DNA of 64,000 nt from the NCBI GenBank assembly GCA_965218095.1, contig OZ244587.1:2656001-2720000 (forward strand). The letters are read 5' to 3'. The DNA comes from Candidatus Poribacteria bacterium. Its GTDB lineage: Bacteria; Poribacteria; WGA-4E; PCPOR2b. Position numbers and translations under genes: made by a program. Below, piece after piece: positions 37,545 to 48,535 of this stretch. Each line of letters begins with the position of its first letter. The first letter of the stretch is position 1. The notes below the pieces were generated by a model that was given only the letters and a program-made list of their open reading frames with translations, was not told where the DNA came from and did not search any database.

Positions 37545-38735
37545 TCAGAAACTTTGACCGATTGAAAACGAGTACACAAATTCACCTTGTTCGATTCGGA
37601 TCTGCTCCCCCTCATTTTCCGTCGGTTTCATCTGCGGCGTATAGGCGGCGTTCATATTAATCTTTCCGACCTTCAGACCAAGCCCTAACGTCATGCCTTC
37701 AGTCTTCCAGAGTCGATTCTCAAACTCCACCTGTTCCGTTTCAACGATGAAGATTGAATCAAACCGTTTCTCGGTATGACGCAGATAACCGATTCGCCCA
37801 CCGATGAAGCCGCGGTACCAGATCTCTCCACCGAAGTTGGTTCGGATACCATCTTCAAAAGGCGGGTTCAGATCAAAGCCAATCTGGATATCCATGTCTT
37901 TATGATGAAATCGGTATGCCCCGCCAAAGAGGACATCTCGGTGGATGCGATCGGGAATCGAATTATCAGTGAAGGATAATCCGTTGCTGAGGTTTCTAAT
38001 AACCGCGCCGATGCGGAACTGACCCCCAAATTGTTGAATCAACCCCAAATTATAAGCGTACCCATGCCCAACATGTTCATTAACCTGAGCATCTTGCACC
38101 TTGGATCGCATCCACCTGGCATCAACGCCGACGGACAGTCCTCTAAACAACTTTGTCGCGTAGCCGATTCCAGCCGCAAAGTCGTTTTCAGGGAAACTGC
38201 CGGTGGCTTTTCCGATGTGATTGACCCGACTGAATCGCCCCTCATGTCCAAGGGCGAAGTCGAAGCCGATGGCCCCCGACTTTCCCAACGGCGTGCTATA
38301 GTTTATAAACTCAAGTCCTGATGCGCGGAGGTCGTACTGCCCGTGATCTTCATACCATTCGGCTTCGTTCAGTTTTGCAACCATTGCAGCGGTACGCGGA
38401 AATCGGGCAACATGCGTGACGAAACGGTTACTATCGATGAAAGTGAGTCCAGCGGGATTGCTGTTGAGGGCGTTTGCCCCAGAAATCGACCCGGCAAAGC
38501 TGCCCCCCATCCCTTGATGCTCCGCCGAAGTAAGTTTCCTGAGAAAAACGTCCGCAGATGAGCGAAAATCTTCATTGGTGACCTGTGCTGACGCAAAATT
38601 TGACCAACTGACGAAAAGTGATAATGTGACCAGTGCAACCGCGGAGTTGCGTATTGTGTAAAATGTACCATGTGAAACGTGGAACGCAGCCCCGGCTTCC
38701 TTTCCTTCCATCCTTCCCTTCTTCCATGTCCTCAT
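37545..38735 (-). CDS. PorV/PorQ/FadL-like outer-membrane beta-barrel
   Basis: SAEHQGMGG..ALNSNPAGL motif, alternating beta-strands and C-terminal Phe; ATG overlaps the acpS stop. Confidence 0.65.
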   Translation of the reverse strand: MRTWKKGRMEGKEAGAAFHVSHGTFYTIRNSAVALVTLSLFVSWSNFASAQVTNEDFRSSADVFLRKLTSAEHQGMGGSFAGSISGANALNSNPAGLTFIDSNRFVTHVARFPRTAAMVAKLNEAEWYEDHGQYDLRASGLEFINYSTPLGKSGAIGFDFALGHEGRFSRVNHIGKATGSFPENDFAAGIGYATKLFRGLSVGVDARWMRSKVQDAQVNEHVGHGYAYNLGLIQQFGGQFRIGAVIRNLSNGLSFTDNSIPDRIHRDVLFGGAYRFHHKDMDIQIGFDLNPPFEDGIRTNFGGEIWYRGFIGGRIGYLRHTEKRFDSIFIVETEQVEFENRLWKTEGMTLGLGLKVGKINMNAAYTPQMKPTENEGEQIRIEQGEFVYSFSIGQSF

Positions 38736-39142
38736 TTTCTCGTTTCCTCTCCCTCCATTTTCCCATTTCCCGCAAGAATGGCATTCGCAACCGCATAGTC
38801 CTCGGTATGAGCGAGCGTTACAAAGGTTTGACGCACACCGAGTAAATCTGCACGCTGACGCGCCACCCCGCGCAGGACCAACTCGGGTTTGCCGAGTGGA
38901 TCGGTCGTGACCTCCACATCGTGCCAAACCATCCCAGGTACGAAGCCTGTTCCAAGGGCTTTGAAGGCTGCTTCTTTAGCGGCAAACCTCGAGGCAAGCC
39001 GTTGGTAGCGCATATTGTTTGAGCCACAATACGTAATCTCGTTGGGAGTGTAGACCCGATTCTCAAACCGGGCACCCCACCGGATGCACGCGGATTTAAT
39101 GCGCCTGACCTCAACAATGTCAATACCAATGCCTATTATCAA
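38732..39142 (-). CDS. acpS: Holo-ACP synthase
   Basis: GIGIDIVE..RI, RFAAKEA..KALGTG, GKP, V.LAH..DYAVA. Confidence 0.93.
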   Translation of the reverse strand: MIIGIGIDIVEVRRIKSACIRWGARFENRVYTPNEITYCGSNNMRYQRLASRFAAKEAAFKALGTGFVPGMVWHDVEVTTDPLGKPELVLRGVARQRADLLGVRQTFVTLAHTEDYAVANAILAGNGKMEGEETRK

Positions 39143-39210
39143 TTTTCGTATGCCGTGCGTTTGATTCGTTGTGTGTAGCCGATCGAATCTTCAGCTTTTC
39201 AGGAGGGATT

Positions 39211-40049
39211 TTAATCTGGGCGACGATGGATTGCATCTGTCATCTGGGCGACCTGATGCATAGCCTTCACATCGTGGACGCGAACAACATCTGCACCGTG
39301 GGCAATTGCCCAGGCGACCGTCGCAGCAGTGCCTTCCAGCCGATCATCCGGATTGGGCAGATTGAGAATCTTCCCAATGAACGACTTTCTGGAAGTACCA
39401 ATGAGGATGGGTTTATCCAAGCATTGAAACTGATCAAGACAACGTAGAATCTCCAGATTGTGTTCCGCGGTTTTACCGAATCCGATACCGGGGTCAATCA
39501 TTATCCGATTGGGGCAAATTCCTGCTGCTTGTGCTTTGTCAATCCGCTGTTGAAGAAAGGTGAGAATCTCAGGAATTAAACCTCCGCGATAACGGGGCGA
39601 GCGATGCATGGTGCGGGGTGTGCCTTTCATGTGCATGAGGACGAGCCCGGCATTCATCTCTCCAACGACACGCGCCATTTCTGCATCTCCCAGCGCCGTA
39701 ATATCGTTGACAATATGGGCGCCCGCTTGGAGCGCCTGACGGGCGACAGCCGATTTATAGGTATCAATCGAGATGAGAGCCGTGATTTGGTTTGTAAGCC
39801 CTTCGATCACCGGTAAAACACGGTTTAACTCCTCATCTGTGGAGACCGATAAAGCCCCCGGGCGTGAAGATTCGCCGCCAATATCAATAATATCCGCTCC
39901 ATCCTCGACCATCTTTTGGGCGTGGGCAATTGCATAATCGACATCAAGATAACATCCACCATCGAAAAGGAATCCGGGGTGACGTTCAGGATGCCCATAA
40001 TCAACGTGCGGCGCCCAAAAGTGATACACTTGCCTCGGCAGTTCATCAC
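39211..40049 (-). pseudogene. folP: Dihydropteroate synthase with a 1-nt frameshift near 39963-39968
   Basis: IMGILNVTPDSFS in one frame; DGG..GADIIDIGGESSRPG..DPGIGFGK..GTSRKSF..VRVHDV in another. Confidence 0.85.
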
Positions 40050-41926
40050 GAAATTGCAGAAATCTGGGGGCGTGGACCGAGGAGCTCCTCGATCTCGTCT
40101 AAGATGAGTGTTTCTCGTTCTAGTAGTGCATTGGCAACTTTCTTCAGCCCATCAAGATTCGTTTCAATGAGGTACCTTGCTTTGTCATAGCATTCCATAA
40201 TAATGTTATGGACCGCCCGATCAATCTCAATCGCCGTCTTTTCACTGTAATCCTGGTGATGCGCAATCTCTTTACCCAGAAAGATCTGTTCTTCACGCCT
40301 GCCGAAGGACAAAGGACCAAGTTCACTCATGCCCCACTGAATGACCATTTTTCGTGCAACGTCTGTCGCCTGTTCAAAATCATTCTGAGCCCCCGTTGTT
40401 AGTTCATCAAAGATGAGTTCTTCAGCAACGCGTCCACCGAGCGCCGCAGTAATATTTGCAAGGAGGTATTTTTTGCTCAAGTTACGACGTTCTTTGACCG
40501 GCAACGCCACCGAGACACCGAGTGCTCGTCCGCGAGGGATGATAGTCGATTTATAGTGGGGGTCATTTTCAGGAATCACATGTCGCAGCAGCGTATGTCC
40601 CGCTTCGTGGTAGGCAGTAACCCGCTTATCCTCTTCACTAATAATCAGGCTCCGGCGTTCAGGCCCCATCATTATCCGGTCTTTCGCTTCATCAAAATAG
40701 CTCATATCAACGGACTCTTTGTCCTCCTTGGCTGCAAGTAACGCGGCTTCGTTGACTATATTTTCGATGTCCGCCCCCGAAAAGTAGGGCGTTGCTTTTG
40801 CGAGAATCTCCAAGTCCGCATCTGAGCCAACTTTAATGTTTTTTGTGTGTACCTTGAAAATTTCTTCACGGCCCTTCACATCGGGGAGATCCACGACAAT
40901 TTGGCGATCAAAACGTCCCGGACGGAGGAGGGCGGGATCTAACACATCAGGGCGGTTCGTTGCAGCGATGAGAATAACCCCTTCAGAAGTATCAAAGCCA
41001 TCCATTTCCACAAGAAGTTGATTTAAGGTCTGCTCACGCTCGTCATGTCCACCGCCGATGCCCGCGCCACGATGTCGTCCGACAGCATCAAGCTCGTCAA
41101 TAAAGATGATACACGGGGCGTTCTTCTTTCCGGTCTCAAAGAGATCGCGCACACGGGAAGCTCCAACACCAACAAACATCTCAACAAAATCAGATCCGCT
41201 GATGCTATAGAATGGAACATTCGCTTCTCCAGCAACGGCACGCGCCAGTAAGGTTTTTCCCGTCCCTGGCGGTCCCATTAACAGGACGCCTTTGGGGATA
41301 CGCCCACCCAGTTTCTGAAATTTCTTTGGATCTTTCAGGAACTGGATAACCTCTTCAAGGCCTTCTTTCGCTTCATCACACCCGGCAACATTAGTGAAGG
41401 TTATCTTCGTTTCGCTTTCAGAATGAAGTCGGGCGCGGCTCTTCCCAAATGATAACGCCCGATTACCGGTGCCTTGCATTTGCCTCGAAATAAAGATCAT
41501 GATCCCAATGAAGAGAAGAATTGGCAATGCCGTTGTGCCGAAGAACACGATCCATTGCGGGACAGGTGATGAACGTTCATTATCATAGGGGATTCCACGT
41601 TCCAGCAATTTTTCTTCAAGTGGGTATTCGGAGTAGATATCACGACTTGTGCGAAACTCCTGAAACTTTACGACTCCCGTCCCTCCGGGTGAATCGTCCA
41701 CAATGACTTGTTCCTCTCGAAATTCTCCTTTGATCCACTCTTTACCGATGGCGATCTTCCCTTCAAACAAATCCTTGCTATTCTCCTGTTGAATATATCC
41801 ATGAAAATCAGAGGCTGCAAGTTGATAAACCTTTCCTTTACCCGAATTTAAAAGGTGGTACATGGCATAAACAACCAATGACGCCATGATAACCCAAACA
41901 ACAATGCTCTTGGCATTCTTATTCAC
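40046..41926 (-). CDS. ftsH: ATP-dependent zinc metalloprotease FtsH
   Basis: Two TMs, [14 protein letters not shown], second region of homology, HEAGH; probable GTG start at 41926 with RBS. Confidence 0.96.
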   Translation of the reverse strand: MNKNAKSIVVWVIMASLVVYAMYHLLNSGKGKVYQLAASDFHGYIQQENSKDLFEGKIAIGKEWIKGEFREEQVIVDDSPGGTGVVKFQEFRTSRDIYSEYPLEEKLLERGIPYDNERSSPVPQWIVFFGTTALPILLFIGIMIFISRQMQGTGNRALSFGKSRARLHSESETKITFTNVAGCDEAKEGLEEVIQFLKDPKKFQKLGGRIPKGVLLMGPPGTGKTLLARAVAGEANVPFYSISGSDFVEMFVGVGASRVRDLFETGKKNAPCIIFIDELDAVGRHRGAGIGGGHDEREQTLNQLLVEMDGFDTSEGVILIAATNRPDVLDPALLRPGRFDRQIVVDLPDVKGREEIFKVHTKNIKVGSDADLEILAKATPYFSGADIENIVNEAALLAAKEDKESVDMSYFDEAKDRIMMGPERRSLIISEEDKRVTAYHEAGHTLLRHVIPENDPHYKSTIIPRGRALGVSVALPVKERRNLSKKYLLANITAALGGRVAEELIFDELTTGAQNDFEQATDVARKMVIQWGMSELGPLSFGRREEQIFLGKEIAHHQDYSEKTAIEIDRAVHNIIMECYDKARYLIETNLDGLKKVANALLERETLILDEIEELLGPRPQISAIS

Positions 41927-42056
41927 AGCAATTGACCCCTCTGTATCTACTAAAATTCGGAGTTGACACGTCGGCGAGTTGAAGTTTCTCGACAACTAAA
42001 AGATTATCCTTCTGGAATGAGCGAATAGTCACCCTATCACTAACCTGAGCTCAAAA

Positions 42057-42085
42057 AGTATAACAAATTCACTTTCAAATATCAA
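42057..42085 (-). promoter_or_regulatory. Sigma70-like promoter for ftsH
   Basis: TTGATA-N17-TATACT; a second candidate TTGACA-N18-TATACT lies at 42218-42247. Confidence 0.55.
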
Positions 42086-42340
42086 ATGAAAGTTGAAAGA
42101 ACGCCTTAGATCACAACGCCAAAGTGTTTCATGGGGCAGTTAGTATTTTACCGACAGGCAGATTTGTGAATGATGTGTAACTCCCGGCAAGCAATCTGCT
42201 CAACTGTTGACGTGCAAAGTATACCAAACAGGAGCGAAGGATGTCAAGCCGCCTGTAATCAATTCGCAGAGCCCTCGCGCAGCAGCGGCGCTCAAAGCTC
42301 AAACGGGTCAATCAAGGCATCGTGACACGCTTTCACATCC

Positions 42341-42371
42341 ACCTGTCAAAGGTTCTGAACCTTTGACAGGT
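42341..42371. repeat. Perfect 14-bp-stem palindrome (REP-like)
   Basis: ACCTGTCAAAGGTT-CTG-AACCTTTGACAGGT just downstream of the oxidoreductase stop. Confidence 0.8.
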
Positions 42372-42378
42372 TTGAATA

Positions 42379-43410
42379 TCACCCATTCGCATAGATCAAC
42401 CGCTCCCGATTTTGACACGGCAGTTCAATCGTTTGCTCCGTCAAGCCACTCTCAATGGCAGCGAAGCCGATCTCGTTCACAGCCATATATTCATCACAGG
42501 CACAGTGCGGGAGCGGACCACCGTCGAGATAGTCGGAGATTTGTTTGTATGCCACTTTGAACACGCTCGCATTTTCGGGCAAGCCGAGCGTATTGTTGTC
42601 GATCTGCTTACTGTCTTTATCGTGCATGACAGTGCCGATATACATTCCTGCTTGCAGCCGTCCCTCACTGCCGAGCACATCGATGGAAAACCCTGTCATA
42701 GCGCCGGGGTTGCCGACATGGAACCCCTGCACCCCGCTTTTGAAGCGGATGGTCGAACCGATGATAGACGGCTCCGGTTCATACGGTTCAGGCATCTCTC
42801 TTCCCCCCGGATTCACAAAGGCGCCCACCGAAACCGGGTCATAGCCCGCGAATTGGCAAATCAGATCGGTGGCATGAATTGCAAAAGACAAAATTGTACC
42901 GGCGCAATAGCCGATCACCGACTTCACCTCGCCAACGAGTCCGTTCTGGACGAGAGATTGAAGGCGAAGGAGGTGAAGCACCCAATGACGTGAATAGTCC
43001 ACGATTATCGGGATGCCCTTTGCTTCGGCGGCGGCAGTCATCTCATCCACCTCCCGAAGCGAGCATCCCGCTGGCTTTTCGAGGAAGATGGCTCTGATGT
43101 CTGCCCTCAGAATATTCTGCATGACCGCGAAGTGATAGGGACCGCGGACACAAACTGCAACGATGTCGAGACTTTCGCTCTCAAGCATCTGTGTGCCTGT
43201 CTCATAGTAGTGGATTGACCCCTCTGGGAATGCAGGTCCCCACGTCTGTTGGAATTCTTACCGGCGTTCTTGTGACAGATCTGCGACAGCAACCAATTCA
43301 GTGGATTCACACTGACGAATCCCACCTGCGTGACAATAGGGATAGGGCTCTTCGGGTTTTGAATAACGCGATGCAATATTTCCTAAACCGATAATACCGA
43401 CACGGTACAT
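42379..43410 (-). pseudogene. Gfo/Idh/MocA oxidoreductase with an in-frame TAA at 43258-43260
   Basis: MYRVGIIGLGNIA..LVAVAD..ERR*EFQQTWG..LDIVAVC..IFLEKP. Confidence 0.85.
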
Positions 43411-43904
43411 ATTTTCTCCTTTCAGGTGGTGGGAGGGTGCAAAACTACTGGCACGGATAGCATAGCGTGAAATCAATTGAATTGTCAAGTGGCAAAAAAC
43501 GCAGCAAAATAATCTCAGAATTGGTATAATAACCCTATATCTATATGACGCTAGCAGGCATCAACATTCACCGGAATGTAATTGATGATACTGCTGTCGT
43601 CGCTGGAATCTACACGCTCCAGTATACGCCGAAGGACGATGGACAAACCAAACAGACTTCTGGTGCCCTTTCGTTGGTCTTGGCAGACACGGAATGATGT
43701 GTGGAAAATCATCCGCGCTAACTAAGCCAGTATGGGAACCCTCCCAATTTTTTTATACCTTTCTGGCAAAAAATGCGTCTCTGTCGTTGATACACAGCAA
43801 TTTAATCACTCGCTGGCGGAGGCTCAAAAGGGGTAATTCTCTCCCGATAAGCAGAGATGGGAATGCCCCCTTATTTTTTTATAAACGTGGCATTTGAGGA
43901 AATC

Positions 43905-45536
43905 TCACGACAGTGATTCAAACTCGCCAGCAGTCGCAACAGCCGCGATAGAATCAGGATTCTCAACTTGCCAGCCTGCAGTAACCCCAACGTTCAACGA
44001 CGTGGACGATTTGTTCTCCTCGGACTTGAGATAAGCGTTAGGATCGTGATGCAGTGCTCCCGCCGGAAGCCATTCCCACAGCGGCCCCAGGTCCTTTCGT
44101 ACCCGGTCTACATAGAACTGCGGAAACTCTGTTGTTTCCTGTTCAAAATAAGCCTGGAACTGTGGGTCAGTATCGAGCCGTTCACGCATCTCGCTGTAAT
44201 ACTTGATTCGCCCAAAACGTTCTGATGACACCGCCCGAAGTACGTTCATCCACCGCGGAATCGTCGCCTTGTTCGCTCTGTAGCGATTGCTAATTGCCCG
44301 CCATGAAAATGTGTACTTGGCCAGATCGATCACGTTATCGTAGAAATCGGGCCAAGAATAGTTCTTCGGTTTCACGTTCATCGTCCAATTGTCCAAGAAG
44401 TGGAAGGGGAATGGCAGAACGCGGTTGTCCCGTTGGTATTCGAGGTTGAGCGGTGCCGCTTGTCCAAACGCCGAGAGCAGTGAATAAGCGGGCAACGCAC
44501 CGGGTGTCATGTCCACAAATCGCTTTGTGAGCTCAAAGGGTTCTTGCCCTTCGTCAACGTCAAGCCCAAGCACGAAGTTGGTCTGTACGAAAGGTATGTA
44601 CTTCAGGAGGGTATTGACATGCTCAGAGACCTGCCGGACTTTGTCCAGCCCCGTCCGCTTACCAGTCTTCGACTTATTACCCATATCGTACCACGACTCA
44701 ATACCGGGCAGGATGGCCTTGAATCCATTTCGTTTGAGCCGCTTCAAGTGAGGCTCTGATAGAAGGGACAAACTACTCTCCGCGATGAAATCGATCCGGT
44801 CTGGAGGCACTGCATCCTCGATTGCGTCCATGTAGTCATTGAATCGGACACCGAAATTGGGATCGTGCCAGCCGACGCGAGGCCGCTTAAACTTCCCCAA
44901 GAGAAACCGCAGGTCCTCTTTGATCACATCGAAGCTTAGCTGCTGATATGGTACAATCGAGTCAATACAAAAGCTACAGGTGTACGGGCACCCCAGACTG
45001 CCAATCATCGGAACGACCTTGAGAAGAGGTGCCTTCTGGAGTGTCTGCTCGACGAATTTCCAGCGCTCGCGAACCCCAGGGAGCGTTGTGGGCTGCTGGC
45101 TGGCCGCCATCTGTATACCCATGGGACGATGCGCTGAACAATCCTGCAAGACGTCACGAATCACCGCCTTGTCGGTAAAACCCAAGACATAGTCGAAGTA
45201 CTGCTGCGCATCCTGCGGGTAACAGCGGGCGTGGGGGCCCCCAAGCACAGTGACAGCGCCCTTGGACTGGAAGAGGTTGCTCAAGGCGTATGACAGTTGT
45301 GCAGCCTGCGTGAACGCACCTATGAAGACGAGGTCAATGTTGTCTGACAATTCCTCGACCAGATCTTCAAGACCGGTAAAGCATACGAATTTGACGTCAT
45401 GTCCTTCTTCTTCGCACCACGCTGCTACCACCTGGGGCATGATACTCGCCAGATTGGCGTGCATGACACGAGCGTATAGGGTTCGGGGAGGAGCTTTGGT
45501 AGTCAAGTCAATGACACCGATACGAAGTTTGTGCAT
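43905..45536 (-). CDS. B12-binding-domain radical SAM protein
   Basis: VLGGPHA and SLGCPYTCSFC (CxxxCxxC); RBS AAGGAGG before ATG 45536. Confidence 0.85.
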   Translation of the reverse strand: MHKLRIGVIDLTTKAPPRTLYARVMHANLASIMPQVVAAWCEEEGHDVKFVCFTGLEDLVEELSDNIDLVFIGAFTQAAQLSYALSNLFQSKGAVTVLGGPHARCYPQDAQQYFDYVLGFTDKAVIRDVLQDCSAHRPMGIQMAASQQPTTLPGVRERWKFVEQTLQKAPLLKVVPMIGSLGCPYTCSFCIDSIVPYQQLSFDVIKEDLRFLLGKFKRPRVGWHDPNFGVRFNDYMDAIEDAVPPDRIDFIAESSLSLLSEPHLKRLKRNGFKAILPGIESWYDMGNKSKTGKRTGLDKVRQVSEHVNTLLKYIPFVQTNFVLGLDVDEGQEPFELTKRFVDMTPGALPAYSLLSAFGQAAPLNLEYQRDNRVLPFPFHFLDNWTMNVKPKNYSWPDFYDNVIDLAKYTFSWRAISNRYRANKATIPRWMNVLRAVSSERFGRIKYYSEMRERLDTDPQFQAYFEQETTEFPQFYVDRVRKDLGPLWEWLPAGALHHDPNAYLKSEENKSSTSLNVGVTAGWQVENPDSIAAVATAGEFESLS

Positions 45537-45724
45537 AGTGCCTCCTTTGAAATTTCCTTCAAGTCCGTAATACTTTTGAGAAGAGAATGCAATCAACCTG
45601 CGGCTGAAAACCGCACTGCGTTTATATGAACTCGATCGAGAATCTCATCCACAATTGTCTGCATGTTTTTTTATGAGGGTATCTTCCATAACATTGAGTA
45701 TGTTGCGCCTTGGCTGCCGGTATT

Positions 45725-46981
45725 TCATTGATTGGAGTATTCATCTTCCCGGTAAGACGCAAGGACATCATCAATCGAACAGGTTTTTGGAAACCACGAA
45801 ACCACTCTGCGCACCACTTCATCAAGCATAGCATCAGGGCAAGAAGCGCCCGCGGTCAGGACAATATCAACGGGGCTGTCATCTGAAAAGTTTATCGGCA
45901 GCCAGTCGGTCGTTTCGCGTAAGGTTTTTGTGTGAATATCCCAGTGACGGATGCACGTCGGTGATTTCATTTCGCCGGCGTCGCGGATAAAGTAAGTCGG
46001 CATTTTACCCTCACACAACTCGACGAGGTGGCTGGTATTGGAGGAATTATAGCCCCCCACAACCAGGGCTAAGTCGCCGCCATCTTTGATGAGGGCAATG
46101 GTCGCATCCTGATTTTCTTTGGTCGCGTAGCAAAGCGTGTCCTTCGTGTCGGCAAAATGCGCATCAATGTGTTCCTCGCCGTATCGGTCTACCATCGCCT
46201 GTCGAAGCAGATCAGCAATCGCCTGCGTCTCCGTGGCGAGCATCGTCGTCTGATTGACAACGCCAATGCGCTTCAGGTGACGGTCTGGATGGAAGCCGGA
46301 GGAGTAGCCATCCGCAAAATGCTCAAAGAAAAATTCTCGGTCAGCTTCTCCGCGTATTACCCTGGCGAGGTTCTCCACCTCCGCTAGATTGAGCACGACC
46401 ACCACAGGGGCTTTTGCCTTCGCATGAGAAAATGTGGCTCGCGTTTCTTCGTGGTATCGCTTGCCATGTACCACAATCGTGTAATCTTGTCCCCCAATTT
46501 CCCAACTTTTCTTCCACACCTTCTCGACGAAGGGACAGGTCGTATTGTAGGCGTAGGGATCGATGCCGCGTCGGTTCAGTGCTTCCTGCACTTCCAGCGT
46601 CGTGCCAAAGGCTGGCACAATGACGATATCCGCCAGCGTCAATTCATCGAAAGGAATCAATTGCTTCCCCGATGTTTCGCAGAGGAATTGTACGCCGCGC
46701 TCGCGAAGATCCGTGTTGACATGAGGATTGTGAATCATCTCAGACAGCAGAAAGACCCGCTTATTCGGATTTTCCTCAAGGGTGCGATAGGCAATCTCAA
46801 TCGCGTTTTCGACCCCGTAACAGAACCCGAAGTGACGCCCGATCTTGAAACACACCGGACCAAAGTCCAACACAGAGGGAGCGAGATCGCGCTTGCGCGC
46901 ATCCAGTGTCCGACGCGCCTTTTTCACAGCGGAAATGATAGGGCTCCGGTAGAAAAGCGGGACGTTAAATTCTCTTGGCAT
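45725..46981 (-). CDS. ispH: 4-hydroxy-3-methylbut-2-enyl diphosphate reductase
   Basis: FGFCYGVENA, IHNP.V, TTCPFV, HEET, NQTT, DTLCYAT..Q, SSN, TAGASCP. Confidence 0.93.
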   Translation of the reverse strand: MPREFNVPLFYRSPIISAVKKARRTLDARKRDLAPSVLDFGPVCFKIGRHFGFCYGVENAIEIAYRTLEENPNKRVFLLSEMIHNPHVNTDLRERGVQFLCETSGKQLIPFDELTLADIVIVPAFGTTLEVQEALNRRGIDPYAYNTTCPFVEKVWKKSWEIGGQDYTIVVHGKRYHEETRATFSHAKAKAPVVVVLNLAEVENLARVIRGEADREFFFEHFADGYSSGFHPDRHLKRIGVVNQTTMLATETQAIADLLRQAMVDRYGEEHIDAHFADTKDTLCYATKENQDATIALIKDGGDLALVVGGYNSSNTSHLVELCEGKMPTYFIRDAGEMKSPTCIRHWDIHTKTLRETTDWLPINFSDDSPVDIVLTAGASCPDAMLDEVVRRVVSWFPKTCSIDDVLASYREDEYSNQ

Positions 46982-47050
46982 TTATCACAGTTTCTATGGT
47001 TGGGTGATTGGGTCAGGTCTTCTACGATGACAATAACCTGTGGGGTGCAT

Positions 47051-47498
47051 CTATTCAATTGGATTTACTACGAACTGTTTACTACGAACTGGTGGACTTA
47101 TAAGAACTGGGTCAATCATGTAGCTCCCCTCCAGATCCATTGCTTTCTCAAGAGATTTGAGCGATAATGATCTTTCGCCTTTGATAGAATAGACATCGGC
47201 AAGCAAGTAGTAGGCATCGACGAAGCGAGAGTCAATGTGGACGGCCTTTTTGAATGCCACAATGGCTTTGTCGAGCTTGCCTTGCTTCAGGTAGGCAGCT
47301 CCGAGATTGTTATATGCTTCTGCGGCGTCCGGTTTGATGTCAACCGCTTCTTTATATGCCGCGATAGCCTCGTCAAGTTTGCCTTGATCAAAGTGAGCAT
47401 TTCCCAGATTGTTATGCCACTGTGCTTTGTGAAAATCGCAGGCAGGCAGACAGAAAACAACTGACTCCAATGAAAAAAACGGTAAACAAGGTTTTCAT
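47051..47498 (-). pseudogene. TPR lipoprotein frameshifted by a 4-nt repeat right after the lipobox
   Basis: RBS GGAGGAGG and MKTLFTVFFIGVSCFLSAC; removing one CTGC unit restores C-DFHKAQWHNNLG and the TPRs. Confidence 0.8.
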
Positions 47499-47513
47499 TT
47501 TTCCTCCTCCCTT

Positions 47514-48527
47514 TCATTCACCAAAGATCTTTGTAATCTCGTCCGTTTCAAAAATCGGGAGCAGACGGTGTTGACCAGCCGCCTCGATCCAGCATCCGCC
47601 ATCCGAGGGTAGCAACCGACCGATGACCTCACAGGGGATATTGTGTTCAGTAATCACAGACACGAGCTCGCTGCTTTTTGTGGGCTCTGCTACGATAAGC
47701 AACGCGCCAGACGAGATGACGCCTAACGGGTCAAGCTGAAATTCATGACAGAGGCGCTTTGTTGCCTCTGATATAAGCAGTTTTTCCTGCCAAACGACCA
47801 CGCCAAGGTTTGCAGCATGCGCGAGTTCGTGGATCGCTGTAGCGACGCCACCCTCCGTTGGATCGTGCATGGCATCGACGCCTCCCGTTTCAGCGGCAAT
47901 CAAAGCCTCTTTCAGAACTGAAATTCCGGGAGTGGTCAAATAGTTTTTGGCGCGATTGAGAAAGGTTGGGGAAAATTTCTCTAGCAAATCGGATTCGCGC
48001 TCACGGGCGATGATTGCGGTAGCTTCAATGCCAAGCCCCTTCGTCAATATCAGATCATCCCCCGCTTTTGCCCCTGATGAAGTGATGAGCCCGCCCTTCT
48101 TGACTTCGCCGAACATCTGCCCAATGACAATCGGTCGATCCAAGCCGTAAGTGATTTCGGTATGCCCGCCACATAACGTGATGTCAAAATGCTCACACGC
48201 TGTGTTGATCTGTTCCATAATACGTCGAACCAAATCTTCGGTTGTACGGTTCTCAGGCAGGAGAACCGTCGTCAACAACCATTTCGGGATCGCCCCCATC
48301 GTTGCGATGTCGTTACTGTTCACGCAGACGAGGTACCAGCCTATTTCATCGGTTGCAAAGGTAATCGGATCCGTTTTGGCAACCAGATACGTTTCTCCAA
48401 AGTCAATCACAGCAGCGTCTTCTCCGATTTTCGGTCCAACAATGACGCGAGCATCCCGATGTGGCTGAGGAAGAATCTGCTGTAACAAATCTATTTTGAG
48501 CTTCCCGATGGGCAACACCATTGGCAT
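47514..48527 (-). CDS. AIR synthase-related (PurM/HypE-like) protein
   Basis: GEDAAV, DPITF, NDIATMGA.P, GGHTE, AMHDPTEGG. Confidence 0.88.
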   Translation of the reverse strand: MPMVLPIGKLKIDLLQQILPQPHRDARVIVGPKIGEDAAVIDFGETYLVAKTDPITFATDEIGWYLVCVNSNDIATMGAIPKWLLTTVLLPENRTTEDLVRRIMEQINTACEHFDITLCGGHTEITYGLDRPIVIGQMFGEVKKGGLITSSGAKAGDDLILTKGLGIEATAIIARERESDLLEKFSPTFLNRAKNYLTTPGISVLKEALIAAETGGVDAMHDPTEGGVATAIHELAHAANLGVVVWQEKLLISEATKRLCHEFQLDPLGVISSGALLIVAEPTKSSELVSVITEHNIPCEVIGRLLPSDGGCWIEAAGQHRLLPIFETDEITKIFGE

Positions 48528-48535
48528 AAGTCTTG

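Noticed and set aside
37545-38927. 460-aa version of the barrel protein
   Set aside because: The first 64 codons overlap acpS out of frame; ATG 38735 with an ATGA overlap is more plausible.
43545-43697. Short ORF resembling an NTF2/SnoaL C-terminal fragment
   Set aside because: About 50 aa with similarity too weak to support a call.
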